The notes beneath the pieces were generated by a model. The model did not search any database. It was not told where the DNA came from and was given only the letters and a program-made list of their open reading frames with translations. The position numbers and the translations under genes were made by a program. A stretch of DNA of 59,330 nucleotides, the filler included. It is 3 parts of 3 records of this genome, joined end to end, with 100 filler letters (N's around TTAATTAATTAA, not from the genome) between each part and the next. Parts side by side here need not be neighbours in the genome. Positions count along the whole stretch, not along the records: positions 1 to 28,157 come from DRR378314_776; 2 more parts are not named here. The stretch is one strand, 5' to 3'. Of this stretch, positions 1 through 9,548 are shown one piece after another (the first letter of the stretch is position 1; each line of letters opens with the position of its first letter).

Positions 1-35
1 AAGACTGCCGCATTCGACCACTCTGCCATTCCTCC
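1..35 (-). tRNA. tRNA-Ser (probably UGA anticodon), 5' half only, cut by the window edge
   Basis: The reverse complement GGAGGAATGGCAGAGTGGTCGAATGCGGCAGTCTT gives an acceptor 5' strand, a Ser-type D-arm (GGCAGAGTGGTCGAATGC) and an anticodon stem up to CT-T. A Bacteroidota -7 promoter lies just upstream. Confidence 0.85.
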
Positions 36-45
36 TAAGCGGGTG

Positions 46-53
46 CAAATATA
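46..53 (-). promoter_or_regulatory. Bacteroidota primary-sigma -7 element for the tRNA
   Basis: TATATTTG on the minus strand matches TAnnTTTG, 10 nt upstream of the tRNA 5' end. Confidence 0.7.
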
Positions 54-105
54 TAAAGCTTTTTCTTATCCCAAAAGACCTTTTTGCTTTATTGTTACAG
101 AAAAT

Positions 106-144
106 AAAAATCCAGTGTACCTAAAGTTTGGGACCCTGGATTTT
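106..144 (-). terminator. Intrinsic terminator after the beta-barrel gene
   Basis: AAAATCCAG...CTGGATTTT inverted repeat with a T-tract on the minus strand, just past the stop at 160. Confidence 0.55.
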
Positions 145-159
145 ACTTTATATTGATTG

Positions 160-666
160 CTATTGGTCAATAGAAAATTCCACCCCCAATGAAATAATAT
201 TCCAATTTCCGGAATCTCCTGAAATACCTCGATAGGAAACAACGGCATCAATCATATTGGATAAAGAATAGGCAGCCCGGGGAGAATAATAAAAACCTCC
301 ATCGTTCTCTTCGTTTATCCCAATGGCAAAACCAACATCAGCTCCTACGGAAAATTTATCTGAAATATTGTAACGGCCTGCGGCTGCAATCGGCATAAAC
401 TGAATATCATTGCCTTCGGCAAAAAAAACGCCAAGGTCAATATCTTTTCCAAATGTATGGGAGTAGCCTAGGGTGGGCCCAATTTTAAAATCCTCGGAAA
501 TCTCGAATAAATAACCAAGGTCGGCGGCTAAAGCGAACGAGGTATAATCACTGGCTCCTTTACTGATGGGTAGACCCGCATGTGCTCCAATATAAAACGA
601 ATTTTGGGCCTGCATTGAGGATAATCCCAATACTAAGACTGAAGTAAAAAGTAAAATGTTTTTCAT
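160..666 (-). CDS. Small outer-membrane beta-barrel protein (porin/OMP_b-brl-like)
   Basis: Signal peptide (MKNILLF...MQAQ), alternating amphipathic strands and a C-terminal SLGVEF strand. Confidence 0.75.
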   Translation of the reverse strand: MKNILLFTSVLVLGLSSMQAQNSFYIGAHAGLPISKGASDYTSFALAADLGYLFEISEDFKIGPTLGYSHTFGKDIDLGVFFAEGNDIQFMPIAAAGRYNISDKFSVGADVGFAIGINEENDGGFYYSPRAAYSLSNMIDAVVSYRGISGDSGNWNIISLGVEFSIDQ

Positions 667-847
667 ATAATAAGGTTTGTGTTTGAGTTAAAACCAAGAA
701 ATGTAAATCAAGTAGGTGTTTTCTTTCATTTTAATTAACATAAGTTTTGGCTTTGACGACTGGATATCTGTCTTCTGTTTAAGGTTTGTTGATAGTTTAT
801 AAAAATGTGAGATGTCCGTTCAAAACAATGGTCATACCTTTGCTTTT

Positions 848-1600
848 ATGCTCGAATGGTACCATTATTTACTGTTGATTGCTGTAGGTTTTGCGGTGGG
901 ATTTATAAACACCGTAGCGGGGGGAGGTTCCTTACTGTCCCTTCCCACGCTTATTTTCTTGGGATTGCCGCCAGCCGTGGCCAATGGCACCAATCGGGTA
1001 GCCATTGTAATTCAAACCGCTATGGGCACCGCTGGTTTCAGGAGTAAGGGCATCTCCACCTATCCTTTTAATGTGTATTTGGGGATTTCTGCTTTTTTGG
1101 GCTCCATTATTGGGGCCTATATTGCCGTGGATATCGATGGCGAAACCTTTAACCGAATTTTGGCTATAGTGATGATTACAGTCGTGCTTATCATCATTTT
1201 TAAACCCAAAATGCGCGTGGAGGAGATGCAGGAACGCCTCAGGGGCAAATACCTTTGGGTGGCCATGATCGTTTTCTTCTTTTTTGGAATCTATGGAGGA
1301 TTTATCAATGCAGGACTTGGTTTTTTGATGCTGTTATTTTTGCATTACTTTAATCAAATGAATCTGGTTAGGTCCAACGCAACCAAAGTGGCCGTGGTTT
1401 TCATTTATATGTTGGCCGCCTTGGCGGTTTTTGTATTCAATGATAAGGTGGATTGGAAATTGGGACTTGTATTGGCCATTGGAAATGGTTCGGGAGCATG
1501 GTTTGCCAGTAGGTTCTCCGTGAAAAAAGGAGACGGATTCATAAAAACATTTTTAGTAATTGCCGTAGTCTTGATGGCCATCAAACTATGGTTCTTTTAA
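848..1600 (+). CDS. Sulfite exporter TauE/SafE family membrane protein
   Basis: GFINTVAGGGSLL, ANGTNR and GIYGGFINAGLG motifs. ATG 848 is preferred over 812 because TACCTTTG (-7 element) sits at 835-842. Confidence 0.85.
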   Translation: MLEWYHYLLLIAVGFAVGFINTVAGGGSLLSLPTLIFLGLPPAVANGTNRVAIVIQTAMGTAGFRSKGISTYPFNVYLGISAFLGSIIGAYIAVDIDGETFNRILAIVMITVVLIIIFKPKMRVEEMQERLRGKYLWVAMIVFFFFGIYGGFINAGLGFLMLLFLHYFNQMNLVRSNATKVAVVFIYMLAALAVFVFNDKVDWKLGLVLAIGNGSGAWFASRFSVKKGDGFIKTFLVIAVVLMAIKLWFF

Positions 1601-1614
1601 AATAAAATAGAATT

Positions 1615-2808
1615 ATGCCAGGATTTGAACTTTTTGGGGATAAGGAAAGAAAAGAAGTACAGGATGTAATGGACTCTGGAGTGCTGATGCGCTACGGGTT
1701 CGATGGCATGCGAAACGGACATTGGAAAACCAAGGAACTGGAAGCTGGTTTGTGCCAACGGATGCAGTCCAAACACGCCCACGCCGTAAGTAGCGGCACA
1801 GCTGCATTAACGGTAGCTTTGGCAAGTGCCGGTATTGGAGCAGGTGATGAAGTGATTATGCCCACCTTTACTTTTGTGGCCAGTTTTGAATCTATCTTGG
1901 CATTGGGAGCAGTCCCTATTTTGGTAGATATTGATGACACCTTGACTTTGAAGCCCAAAGCGGTGGAAAAAGCCATCACCCCAAAAACCAAAGTGGTAAT
2001 GCCCGTGCATATGTGCGGTTCAATGGCGAATTTGGATGCCTTGAAAGTTATTTGCGACAAATACGGATTATTATTGTTGGAAGATGCTTGTCAGGCCATT
2101 GGAGGAACTTACAACGGAAAACCGTTGGGAAGCATTGGCGATTTGGGATGTTTCTCGTTCGATTATGTAAAAACCATTACCTGTGGAGAAGGGGGAGCTG
2201 TGATCACGGATAACGAAGTGTATTATGGGAATGCCCACAAATATTCCGATCACGGTCACGATCATTTTGGAAACAACAGGGGGGTAGAGGAACACCCGTT
2301 TTTAGGCTACAATTTCCGAATCTCCGAAATGAATGCCGCAGTCGGTGTGGCTCAATTGGCTCGTTTGGATGAGTTTGTTGTCATTCAAAAAAGAAACTAT
2401 GGTATTTTGAGGGAAGCATTGTCCAGTATTCCCGAAGTGGTCTTTAGAACGGTTCCCGATGGGGGAGAGGAAAACTATTCTTTTCTGAACTTTTTTATGC
2501 CGTCGGAAGAGTTGGCACAAATTGCCCATCAGGAATTGATTGAGGCTGGTGTGGACGGCTGTTTTTACTGGTACAATAACAATTGGCACTACTACAAAAA
2601 ATGGGAACATTTGACCGAGATGAAATCATTGGGCAATTTGCCAAAAGATGTGCAAGAGTCTTTACCCGATTACAGCAAAGCTGATTTCTCCGAATCAGAT
2701 AAATGGATGTCCAGAAACATTTCTTGCTTGATTAAACTGGGCTGGACGCAGGAAGAAGTGGCCGAACGTGCCCAAAAAATGGTGGAAGCTGTTAAAGCAT
2801 CGTTGTAA
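1615..2808 (+). CDS. kdnA: DegT/DnrJ/EryC1/StrS PLP aminotransferase, KdnA-like (8-amino-Kdo transaminase)
   Basis: SSGTAAL, EDACQAIG and SFDYVKTITCGEGG (PLP lysine). N-terminal MPGFELFG, SDHGHDH and GVDGCFYWYxNNWHY match my recollection of Shewanella KdnA. Confidence 0.75.
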   Translation: MPGFELFGDKERKEVQDVMDSGVLMRYGFDGMRNGHWKTKELEAGLCQRMQSKHAHAVSSGTAALTVALASAGIGAGDEVIMPTFTFVASFESILALGAVPILVDIDDTLTLKPKAVEKAITPKTKVVMPVHMCGSMANLDALKVICDKYGLLLLEDACQAIGGTYNGKPLGSIGDLGCFSFDYVKTITCGEGGAVITDNEVYYGNAHKYSDHGHDHFGNNRGVEEHPFLGYNFRISEMNAAVGVAQLARLDEFVVIQKRNYGILREALSSIPEVVFRTVPDGGEENYSFLNFFMPSEELAQIAHQELIEAGVDGCFYWYNNNWHYYKKWEHLTEMKSLGNLPKDVQESLPDYSKADFSESDKWMSRNISCLIKLGWTQEEVAERAQKMVEAVKASL

Positions 2809-2854
2809 CCATTCGTTGACTTTGGCACCTCAGTAGAGGCAAAAGGTAGTTCTT

Positions 2855-3250
2855 TTAGATTTTTCGATTGTTGGATTATTGGAAAGACGTGCCTTGAGCG
2901 GAGTCGAAGGGTTACCTAATGTTAAGGCCTGAGATTAAAGAAGAGATTTAGTTTTTGGATTGTTGGATGAAGGTTAAAGGGTGAAAGGTGGATTATTGGA
3001 TGATTGGAAATTGACCATTGTTTATTGTTAATTGGTCATTGATTTGACACGAATTTCACGAATGACCAGCATACGCTTTGTTTGTCATTCTGAGCTGTCA
3101 CCCTGAACGTAGTCGAAAGGGGTGCGAAGAATCTTTGGATTTGCACTTGGTTCTTGTTCTTGAAATTGTGAAAGAGATTCTTCAGTCGTTGCACTCCTTC
3201 AGAATGACAAAATTGTACTTGAATTTGATTCTTGAACTTGCAATTGTTGA
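2855..3250. repeat. Intergenic mosaic of REP-like palindromes and short-period repeat modules
   Basis: CCTTGAGCGGAGTCGAAGG (~2892), TTGGATTGTTGGA modules, ATTGwyyATTG heptamers (3010-3041), GACACGAATTTCACGAAT (3046-3063) and the inverted pair TTTGTCATTCTGA (3081-3093) / TCAGAATGACAAA (3199-3211). Confidence 0.8.
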
Positions 3251-4390
3251 TTAGTAGTTCACATACTCCACAATCTCCAAACCGTAACCCACCATTCCCA
3301 CACGTCGGGTTTGACCTGAATTCGTCAACAACCGAATCTTGGAAATGTTGATGTCGTGAAGAATTTGCGCTCCAATGCCGAAGTCCTTATTGTCCATTTC
3401 AATTTTTGGGGCCTTGGTGACTCCTTGACCTTGAATTTTCTTAAACTCGGACAATCTACTTAACAAATTCTTGGATTGGTTACCTTGATTTATAAAGATT
3501 ATAGCACTCTTTTCCGCTTTGTTCAGTACGTCGAACATGCGCTGCAAACCTTCATCCGGATTATTGGTCAAAGTTCCCAAAATATCGTTGTTCACCAAAG
3601 TGGAGTTGATTCGGGTCAACACTGGTTCCCCAGCTTTCCAGTTTCCTTTCAACAAGGCAATATGAACTTGGTCGTTGGTGGTTTGTTGGTAGGCCCTCAA
3701 CCTAAATTGGCCAAATCTTGTGTTTATCGTAAACGCTTCTTTGAGTTCGATCAAGCTATCGTGTTCCATTCGGTAGGCGATCAAATCCTCTATGGAAACA
3801 ATTTTAATGTCGAATTTCTTCGCAACTTCCAACAATTGGGGCAATCGTGCCATGGAACCATCTTCGTTCATGATCTCCACGATAACGCCCGCAGGTTCCA
3901 ATCCCGCCAGTCGGGCAAAATCGATTGCTGCTTCGGTATGTCCGGTTCGGCGCAAAACACCACCTTCTTTGGCAATCAAAGGGAAAATATGGCCGGGTCT
4001 GGCCAACTCGTGGGGTTTGGTTTCTTTGTCGGTGAGCGCAAGTACTGTTTTGGCACGGTCTCCAGCGGATATTCCTGTGGTTACCCCTTTACCTCTTAAA
4101 TCCACGGATACGGTAAATGCGGTCTCCAAAGGGTCCGTGTTATGGTTCACCATTTTATGCAGTCCCAAGTCCTTGCAGCGTCCTTCGGTTAGGGGAGCGC
4201 AGATAAGTCCGCGACCATGCATGGCCATAAAATTGATGGTCTCTGGGGTTATCAGCTCGGCAGCGGCCAAAAAATCACCTTCGTTCTCCCTGTTCTCATC
4301 ATCCACCACAATAATAACCTTGCCATCCCTAATATCGGCAATGGCTTCTTCTATGGCGTTTAGTTGTATGTTACTTGAATTTAAAGACAT
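3251..4390 (-). CDS. ribB: 3,4-dihydroxy-2-butanone-4-phosphate synthase fused to a degenerate GTP cyclohydrolase II-like domain (RibBX type)
   Basis: VDDENRENEGD, TAFTVSVD, RPGHIFPL and RTGHTEA motifs. The C-domain lacks the Zn-binding cysteines. Confidence 0.92.
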   Translation of the reverse strand: MSLNSSNIQLNAIEEAIADIRDGKVIIVVDDENRENEGDFLAAAELITPETINFMAMHGRGLICAPLTEGRCKDLGLHKMVNHNTDPLETAFTVSVDLRGKGVTTGISAGDRAKTVLALTDKETKPHELARPGHIFPLIAKEGGVLRRTGHTEAAIDFARLAGLEPAGVIVEIMNEDGSMARLPQLLEVAKKFDIKIVSIEDLIAYRMEHDSLIELKEAFTINTRFGQFRLRAYQQTTNDQVHIALLKGNWKAGEPVLTRINSTLVNNDILGTLTNNPDEGLQRMFDVLNKAEKSAIIFINQGNQSKNLLSRLSEFKKIQGQGVTKAPKIEMDNKDFGIGAQILHDINISKIRLLTNSGQTRRVGMVGYGLEIVEYVNY

Positions 4391-4391
4391 T

Positions 4392-6440
4392 TTATCGGAT
4401 TAGTTTCATGTCTTCTCTCAACGATTTTTTTACGTAAAAGTAGAAGAAAAAATAAATTAATGCTCCAAGGATGAATGCTATTATAGGGTTAAATTGCCCA
4501 TCCTTATTGATTAATTTGTAGAGGTTTGAATATTGAATTCCAGATTTGATAATATAAATCAAATACCCTAGAATAAATAAGTTGGAAAGAACTATATATA
4601 ATATGTCCCCCACTTTTGAATCTGGCAATATTAAACTGGAAAGTGGCACAAAAATTATAGCTAAAAAGTATAGGACAAATGCAATTTTGGAATCTGATTT
4701 AAAACCTTGATATAGTTCTTCAGCCCTTTCGTAGGCTAGATTCTTTAGAGTTCCTTTTAATCTCAACTCCTCAATGCTGACCCCCCTTTTTTCTAGAATA
4801 GAAATAGCCGTATTTCTATAAGATGAGTCAAAATCATATTGTTTAAAATTTTTAACAATGTCCATCAACTTTTTATTATCATAGGACTCGAGATTTTGTA
4901 TGGTATTTTTGTCACCAATTTTATCAAAATCTAATTTATTCTTTTCCTCAGCTTCGTTATCCTTCTTTTTTAATAATAATTTGATGCGGTCTATAAAATG
5001 ACCAAATCCTACTAATCCCTTATCCGCCGTGGCCCTTCTGGTAAGCGATATGCCCAAGGGGAGCATGATCATAGTGGGCAGCCAAGCTCCGATAGCGGGA
5101 TGAATGTTCCCTTCCTTGGCGTAGTTGCCAGCAAAAACGCCTAAAAAGTAATAAGTCAAAAATAAGATAATAGCGACCACCATGGGCAATCCCAAACCTC
5201 CCTTTCGGATGATGGCGCCCAATGGTGCTCCCACAAAAAATAAAATTATGCACGAAAGGGCCAGTGCATATTTTTGATGGAGCGATAGGATATGGCTGTT
5301 GTAAAACTTGTATCTGCTTTGCAGTTCTTTCTTTTTAGAGGTCACGGTAGATAGGATACTGGAAACATCGTTCAATGCTTTTTTCATCACCTGAATCTGT
5401 TCCCACTGCTCCAGCTCACCTACAAATTGATCGATGGTTTCAATGGAATCCAATTGGGTTTCTTTTTCCACAGATTCCGGTTCAATCAGCTCTAAGTTTT
5501 GTCTGGTCGTATCTTGCGGGATTTTTAGCGGAAATGCGCCCATTCGGTTGACGACGTTTTTTGAAAATGCGGCAACTTTTTCAAGATTGTTTTCGCGAAG
5601 GGAGTCGATATCTTTGATGAGTCGTCCTACATTTTTCATTTTATTGGTGGTGATATTCTGGTCTTCCTCCAGATCTTGGTCATTGAGTTCAGAAATATCA
5701 ATATTGATGGTGTAGGTATCGAAATTAGATTTTGCAAAAGGTTGTTTTCGTTTCTCCTTTGCATCCTTTTTCACAATTTCCTCGTAGTAGTGCCCATCTT
5801 TCAGTACCAATTGGATGATATCCGATTCCTCACTACTGATCAACTCCCCGGTTTTGGCCTTGATTACGGTATTGTTGATGTTCTGGTTGGTTTTTTTGTG
5901 GATGATGACGTTATCCAAGAATCGGTCTTGTTCCCCATACTTCTTGTCCACTTTTATGTTCATTCCCTCACCGGTGCCTTCAAAATCACTGAAAACGCCT
6001 TCGGTTATGGCGGCGGCTGGTTTTACTTTAGCAATATTTCGCCTAAGGTTGAACATTTTTTGCTCGGACTTCGGAATCACATCATTTGCAAAAAAGAAAG
6101 TGACCACCCCTAAGAACAGTACAAAAACAATTAAACTGCGCATTCCCCGTTGAAGCGATATACCGGAAGCTTTCATGGCAGCGAACTCATAGTTTTCCGC
6201 AAATGTACCAAAGGTAAGAATGGAGGAGAGAAGCACCGTGAGCGGTAATACCTTGTCTACCAAGGTTGGGATAAAGTAGAAAATAAACTTGCCAATAATG
6301 ACTATACCCAGTCCTTTTCCCGCCAAATCATCAATGAACAGCCATATTCCCTGAAAAATGAATATGACGATCAGAATGAAAAAGGAACTGAAGAAGTTGT
6401 ATAGAAATCTTCTTAGTATATACTGATCAAGTATTTTCAA
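4392..6440 (-). CDS. LptF/LptG family LPS export permease with a C-terminal extension
   Basis: MKILDQYILRRF start, ENYEFAAMKASGISL and GAPLGAIIRKGG motifs. Confidence 0.9.
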   Translation of the reverse strand: MKILDQYILRRFLYNFFSSFFILIVIFIFQGIWLFIDDLAGKGLGIVIIGKFIFYFIPTLVDKVLPLTVLLSSILTFGTFAENYEFAAMKASGISLQRGMRSLIVFVLFLGVVTFFFANDVIPKSEQKMFNLRRNIAKVKPAAAITEGVFSDFEGTGEGMNIKVDKKYGEQDRFLDNVIIHKKTNQNINNTVIKAKTGELISSEESDIIQLVLKDGHYYEEIVKKDAKEKRKQPFAKSNFDTYTINIDISELNDQDLEEDQNITTNKMKNVGRLIKDIDSLRENNLEKVAAFSKNVVNRMGAFPLKIPQDTTRQNLELIEPESVEKETQLDSIETIDQFVGELEQWEQIQVMKKALNDVSSILSTVTSKKKELQSRYKFYNSHILSLHQKYALALSCIILFFVGAPLGAIIRKGGLGLPMVVAIILFLTYYFLGVFAGNYAKEGNIHPAIGAWLPTMIMLPLGISLTRRATADKGLVGFGHFIDRIKLLLKKKDNEAEEKNKLDFDKIGDKNTIQNLESYDNKKLMDIVKNFKQYDFDSSYRNTAISILEKRGVSIEELRLKGTLKNLAYERAEELYQGFKSDSKIAFVLYFLAIIFVPLSSLILPDSKVGDILYIVLSNLFILGYLIYIIKSGIQYSNLYKLINKDGQFNPIIAFILGALIYFFFYFYVKKSLREDMKLIR

Positions 6441-6443
6441 TGC

Positions 6444-7109
6444 CTAATTTCTTATGATATAGTATCCTTTATCCTCGTATTTTTTCTCGTCAAAGGTAAA
6501 CAGAGTACTTGATATGGGCTGATTGGTTTTGAAAGAATTAACGGTAATGGTGGTTTTGGTACCGTTGTTTCCCGTTTGGATCAGTTTGTATATATGTTTT
6601 GTTTCGGAATCAATTCCTAAAAGCACGGATTTGATTTCGGTGTTGGAATCAATCGGAATCAACTTTACGAATTGTATTTTTCTACCGCCCACGTTTTGAA
6701 GAATGTCCCATTGGTAGTTGTGTCCCGTTTTATAAAAAGTCAACATTTTGGATGGGCTAACGTTGTCGTTGTCCTCGTTAACGTCCTCAATGGTCACTTC
6801 TTCGTTTTCTGGAACCACGGTGTAGACTTTGTTGCCATCATATAATTGTGTGGCTCCAAAATAGTTCAACAGATATTTTTCACCATCCAAAGTTACGTTT
6901 CCGTTGGTTTCCTGTTTGAGGTTGGCCTCTGCGTTTTCCAAAGTGGATTGAAAATCAATATAAATATTGTCGTAGCTCTGCACCTTGTTGTACACTTCGT
7001 CCAAAAGTGCTTTGGCTTTATCTGAGTTTTGTCCGTAGGAAAAAAGTCCAGCGACAAACAATGTTATTAAAAGAATACTTTTCTTGATCATGGTCTTATT
7101 TTGCTTCAT
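6444..7109 (-). CDS. lolA: Outer-membrane lipoprotein carrier LolA family protein
   Basis: Signal peptide, YDGNKVYT..ENEEVTI and FTFD near the C-terminus; lies downstream of ftsK as is usual. Alternative start at 7091. Confidence 0.85.
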   Translation of the reverse strand: MKQNKTMIKKSILLITLFVAGLFSYGQNSDKAKALLDEVYNKVQSYDNIYIDFQSTLENAEANLKQETNGNVTLDGEKYLLNYFGATQLYDGNKVYTVVPENEEVTIEDVNEDNDNVSPSKMLTFYKTGHNYQWDILQNVGGRKIQFVKLIPIDSNTEIKSVLLGIDSETKHIYKLIQTGNNGTKTTITVNSFKTNQPISSTLFTFDEKKYEDKGYYIIRN

Positions 7110-9486
7110 TTTCTAATAGTTGTTCCAAAGAATACATATCGGGAACCAAAACCTGTCTTGCTTTGCTTCCTTCAAATGGTCCTACAATTCCTGCGGCCTC
7201 CAATTGGTCTATAATTCTACCCGCTCTGTTGTATCCCAATTTTAATTTTCGTTGAATCAAAGAGGCGGAACCTTGTTGTGCGGTTACAATCACTTCTGCC
7301 GCATCTCTGAACATGGCATCCCTTTCCGCGATATCATTATCAAGACTTGTGCCAGATTCTTCTCCCACATACTCTGGCAGTTCGTGTGCTTCGGGGTAGG
7401 CGCGTTGCGAACCAATATAATCGGTGATCTTGGCAACTTCTGGTGTATCCACAAAGGCACATTGCAGCCTTGTAACATCGTTTCCTTGTGTGTAGAGCAT
7501 ATCCCCGCGACCGATAAGCTGATCGGCACCTTGGGCGTCCAAAATGGTTCTGGAATCAATTTTTGAAGTTACCCTAAATGCTATTCTTGCGGGGAAGTTG
7601 GCCTTGATGATTCCTGTGATTACATTCACCGAGGGTCTTTGGGTCGCAATGATCAAGTGAATACCGATGGCACGTGCCAATTGTGCCAATCTGGCGATCG
7701 GCGTTTCAACCTCCTTGCCCGCGGTCATGATGAGGTCGGCAAACTCATCGATAACCAAGACAATGTAGGGCAAGAATTTGTGCCCATCGTTCGGATTCAG
7801 TTTTCTGGCCTTGAACTTGGTGTTGTACTCTTTAACGTTCCTCACCATGGCTGACTTGAGCAGCTCGTAGCGATTGTCCATTTCAATACAAAGCGAATTC
7901 AAAGTATTGATTACCTTGGTGTTATCGGTAATGATGGCTTCTTCGGAATCGGGGAGTTTGGCCAAGAAATGACGCTCAATCTTGTTGTACAGGGTCAATT
8001 CCACCTTTTTGGGATCCACCAAAATGAATTTAACCTCTGCCGGATGTTTCTTGTAAAGTAGGGAGGTAATGACCGCATTCAACCCTACGGATTTACCTTG
8101 ACCCGTGGCACCGGCCATAAGCATATGTGGCATTTTGGCCAGATCTACTACAAAAGTCTCGTTGCTAATGGTTTTTCCGAAAGCGATGGGCAGTTCCATT
8201 TCCGCTTTTTGGAATTTATTGGAAGCGATTACCGAACGCATGGAAACTACTGTCGCGTTTTTATTTGGCACCTCGATTCCCACCGTTCCTTTTCCTGGAA
8301 TAGGGGCAATGATTCGGATACCCAAAGCTGCCAATGACAAGGCAATGTCGTCTTCCAAGTTTTTGATTTTGGAAATTCGGATACCCGCTTCGGGAACAAT
8401 TTCGTACAGCGTTACCGTAGGACCAATAGTCGCTTTGATCTGGGCAATCCCGATTTTATAATTTTTGAGGGTACTTACAATTCGATTTTTGTTTTCCTCA
8501 AGCTCTTCTTGATTAATGGTAATTCCGCCAGATGCCCCGTGCGACTCGAGTAAGTCCAAAGTGGGAAATTTATAGTTGCCCAATTCCAACTTGGGGTCGA
8601 ACTCACCAAAGTCTTCCACAAGTTTCGCAGCTTTGGCGTCAGTTTCTTCTTCCTCAATCGGAGTTTCCTCAACCTTTAGGGCAATATCGGATTCCTCTTC
8701 TTCGGGAATGTTGACATCCAGTCCCGCTTCATCCAAAGGAGGAATATCTTTTTTATGGGTATAGGTGTCTACTTTTTCGGGAACGTTATCTTCGGTGGTC
8801 AGCTCAATGCTTCCTTCTTGGTCATCCAAAGTAGATTGTAGCGTGGTTGATGATGCTGAATCTTCATTAAAGTCCGATTTGATTTTCTGTTTTTGCCTAC
8901 GGAAGAAATTGGCAAAGCCTTCGGGTGTAAAGTTGAACAATTGCACCAAAATGACCATTAAAACAAATATAAGAATCAAGAACACCCCGATTTTGCCTGT
9001 GTAATCCTGAAGAAAATCGTTCATTTCATAACCGATGAGTCCACCCAATAGTGGGAAATCAGCAGCAAAGAAACCTAGGGCAATGGAGCCCCAAATAACT
9101 CCGACCAAGCCCCAAATCCATTTGGAGATCAATCGTTTTCCATGCAACCCAAGAAATAAATAAAGTCCGGTGACTGCCAATAGGAGCGGAAACACAAAAG
9201 ATGCTAAGCCAAAGCCTTTGTACATAAAAAAGTGACTTACATTGGCTCCGAATTTGTTCAGGAGGTTGCTGGCTTCTGCATTGCGGTCGGCAAATTGGGA
9301 CAACATACTTTGATCCTCCTGCCACGTAAAATAAAATGACATAAAAGAGAAGAAAAGTGCGATGCTGAGAACAATCAAAAGGCTGCCAAAAATAATCTTG
9401 TTCTGCTTGGAAGGTTTAAAAGACACCTTCTTCTTAGCAGTAGTGCTGGTTTTTTTTGATTTGGATTTTGTTCTTTTTTTGGCCAT
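7096..9486 (-). CDS. ftsK: DNA translocase FtsK
   Basis: N-terminal TM segments, AGATGQGKS Walker A, IDEFADL, ATQRPSV and the gamma domain QRKLKLGYNRAGRIIDQLE. Confidence 0.97.
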   Translation of the reverse strand: MAKKRTKSKSKKTSTTAKKKVSFKPSKQNKIIFGSLLIVLSIALFFSFMSFYFTWQEDQSMLSQFADRNAEASNLLNKFGANVSHFFMYKGFGLASFVFPLLLAVTGLYLFLGLHGKRLISKWIWGLVGVIWGSIALGFFAADFPLLGGLIGYEMNDFLQDYTGKIGVFLILIFVLMVILVQLFNFTPEGFANFFRRQKQKIKSDFNEDSASSTTLQSTLDDQEGSIELTTEDNVPEKVDTYTHKKDIPPLDEAGLDVNIPEEEESDIALKVEETPIEEEETDAKAAKLVEDFGEFDPKLELGNYKFPTLDLLESHGASGGITINQEELEENKNRIVSTLKNYKIGIAQIKATIGPTVTLYEIVPEAGIRISKIKNLEDDIALSLAALGIRIIAPIPGKGTVGIEVPNKNATVVSMRSVIASNKFQKAEMELPIAFGKTISNETFVVDLAKMPHMLMAGATGQGKSVGLNAVITSLLYKKHPAEVKFILVDPKKVELTLYNKIERHFLAKLPDSEEAIITDNTKVINTLNSLCIEMDNRYELLKSAMVRNVKEYNTKFKARKLNPNDGHKFLPYIVLVIDEFADLIMTAGKEVETPIARLAQLARAIGIHLIIATQRPSVNVITGIIKANFPARIAFRVTSKIDSRTILDAQGADQLIGRGDMLYTQGNDVTRLQCAFVDTPEVAKITDYIGSQRAYPEAHELPEYVGEESGTSLDNDIAERDAMFRDAAEVIVTAQQGSASLIQRKLKLGYNRAGRIIDQLEAAGIVGPFEGSKARQVLVPDMYSLEQLLENEAK

Positions 9487-9548
9487 CAATCAATTTTAAG
9501 CGGGGCTAAGTTACAAATTTACGTTGCTACTCGGGGTCTTGGATTTTA

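Noticed and set aside
3476..4403. Two ~200-aa plus-strand ORFs over ribB, and similar short ORFs inside ftsK, lpdA, ggt and glnS
   Set aside because: Antisense or alternate-frame shadows of well-supported genes.
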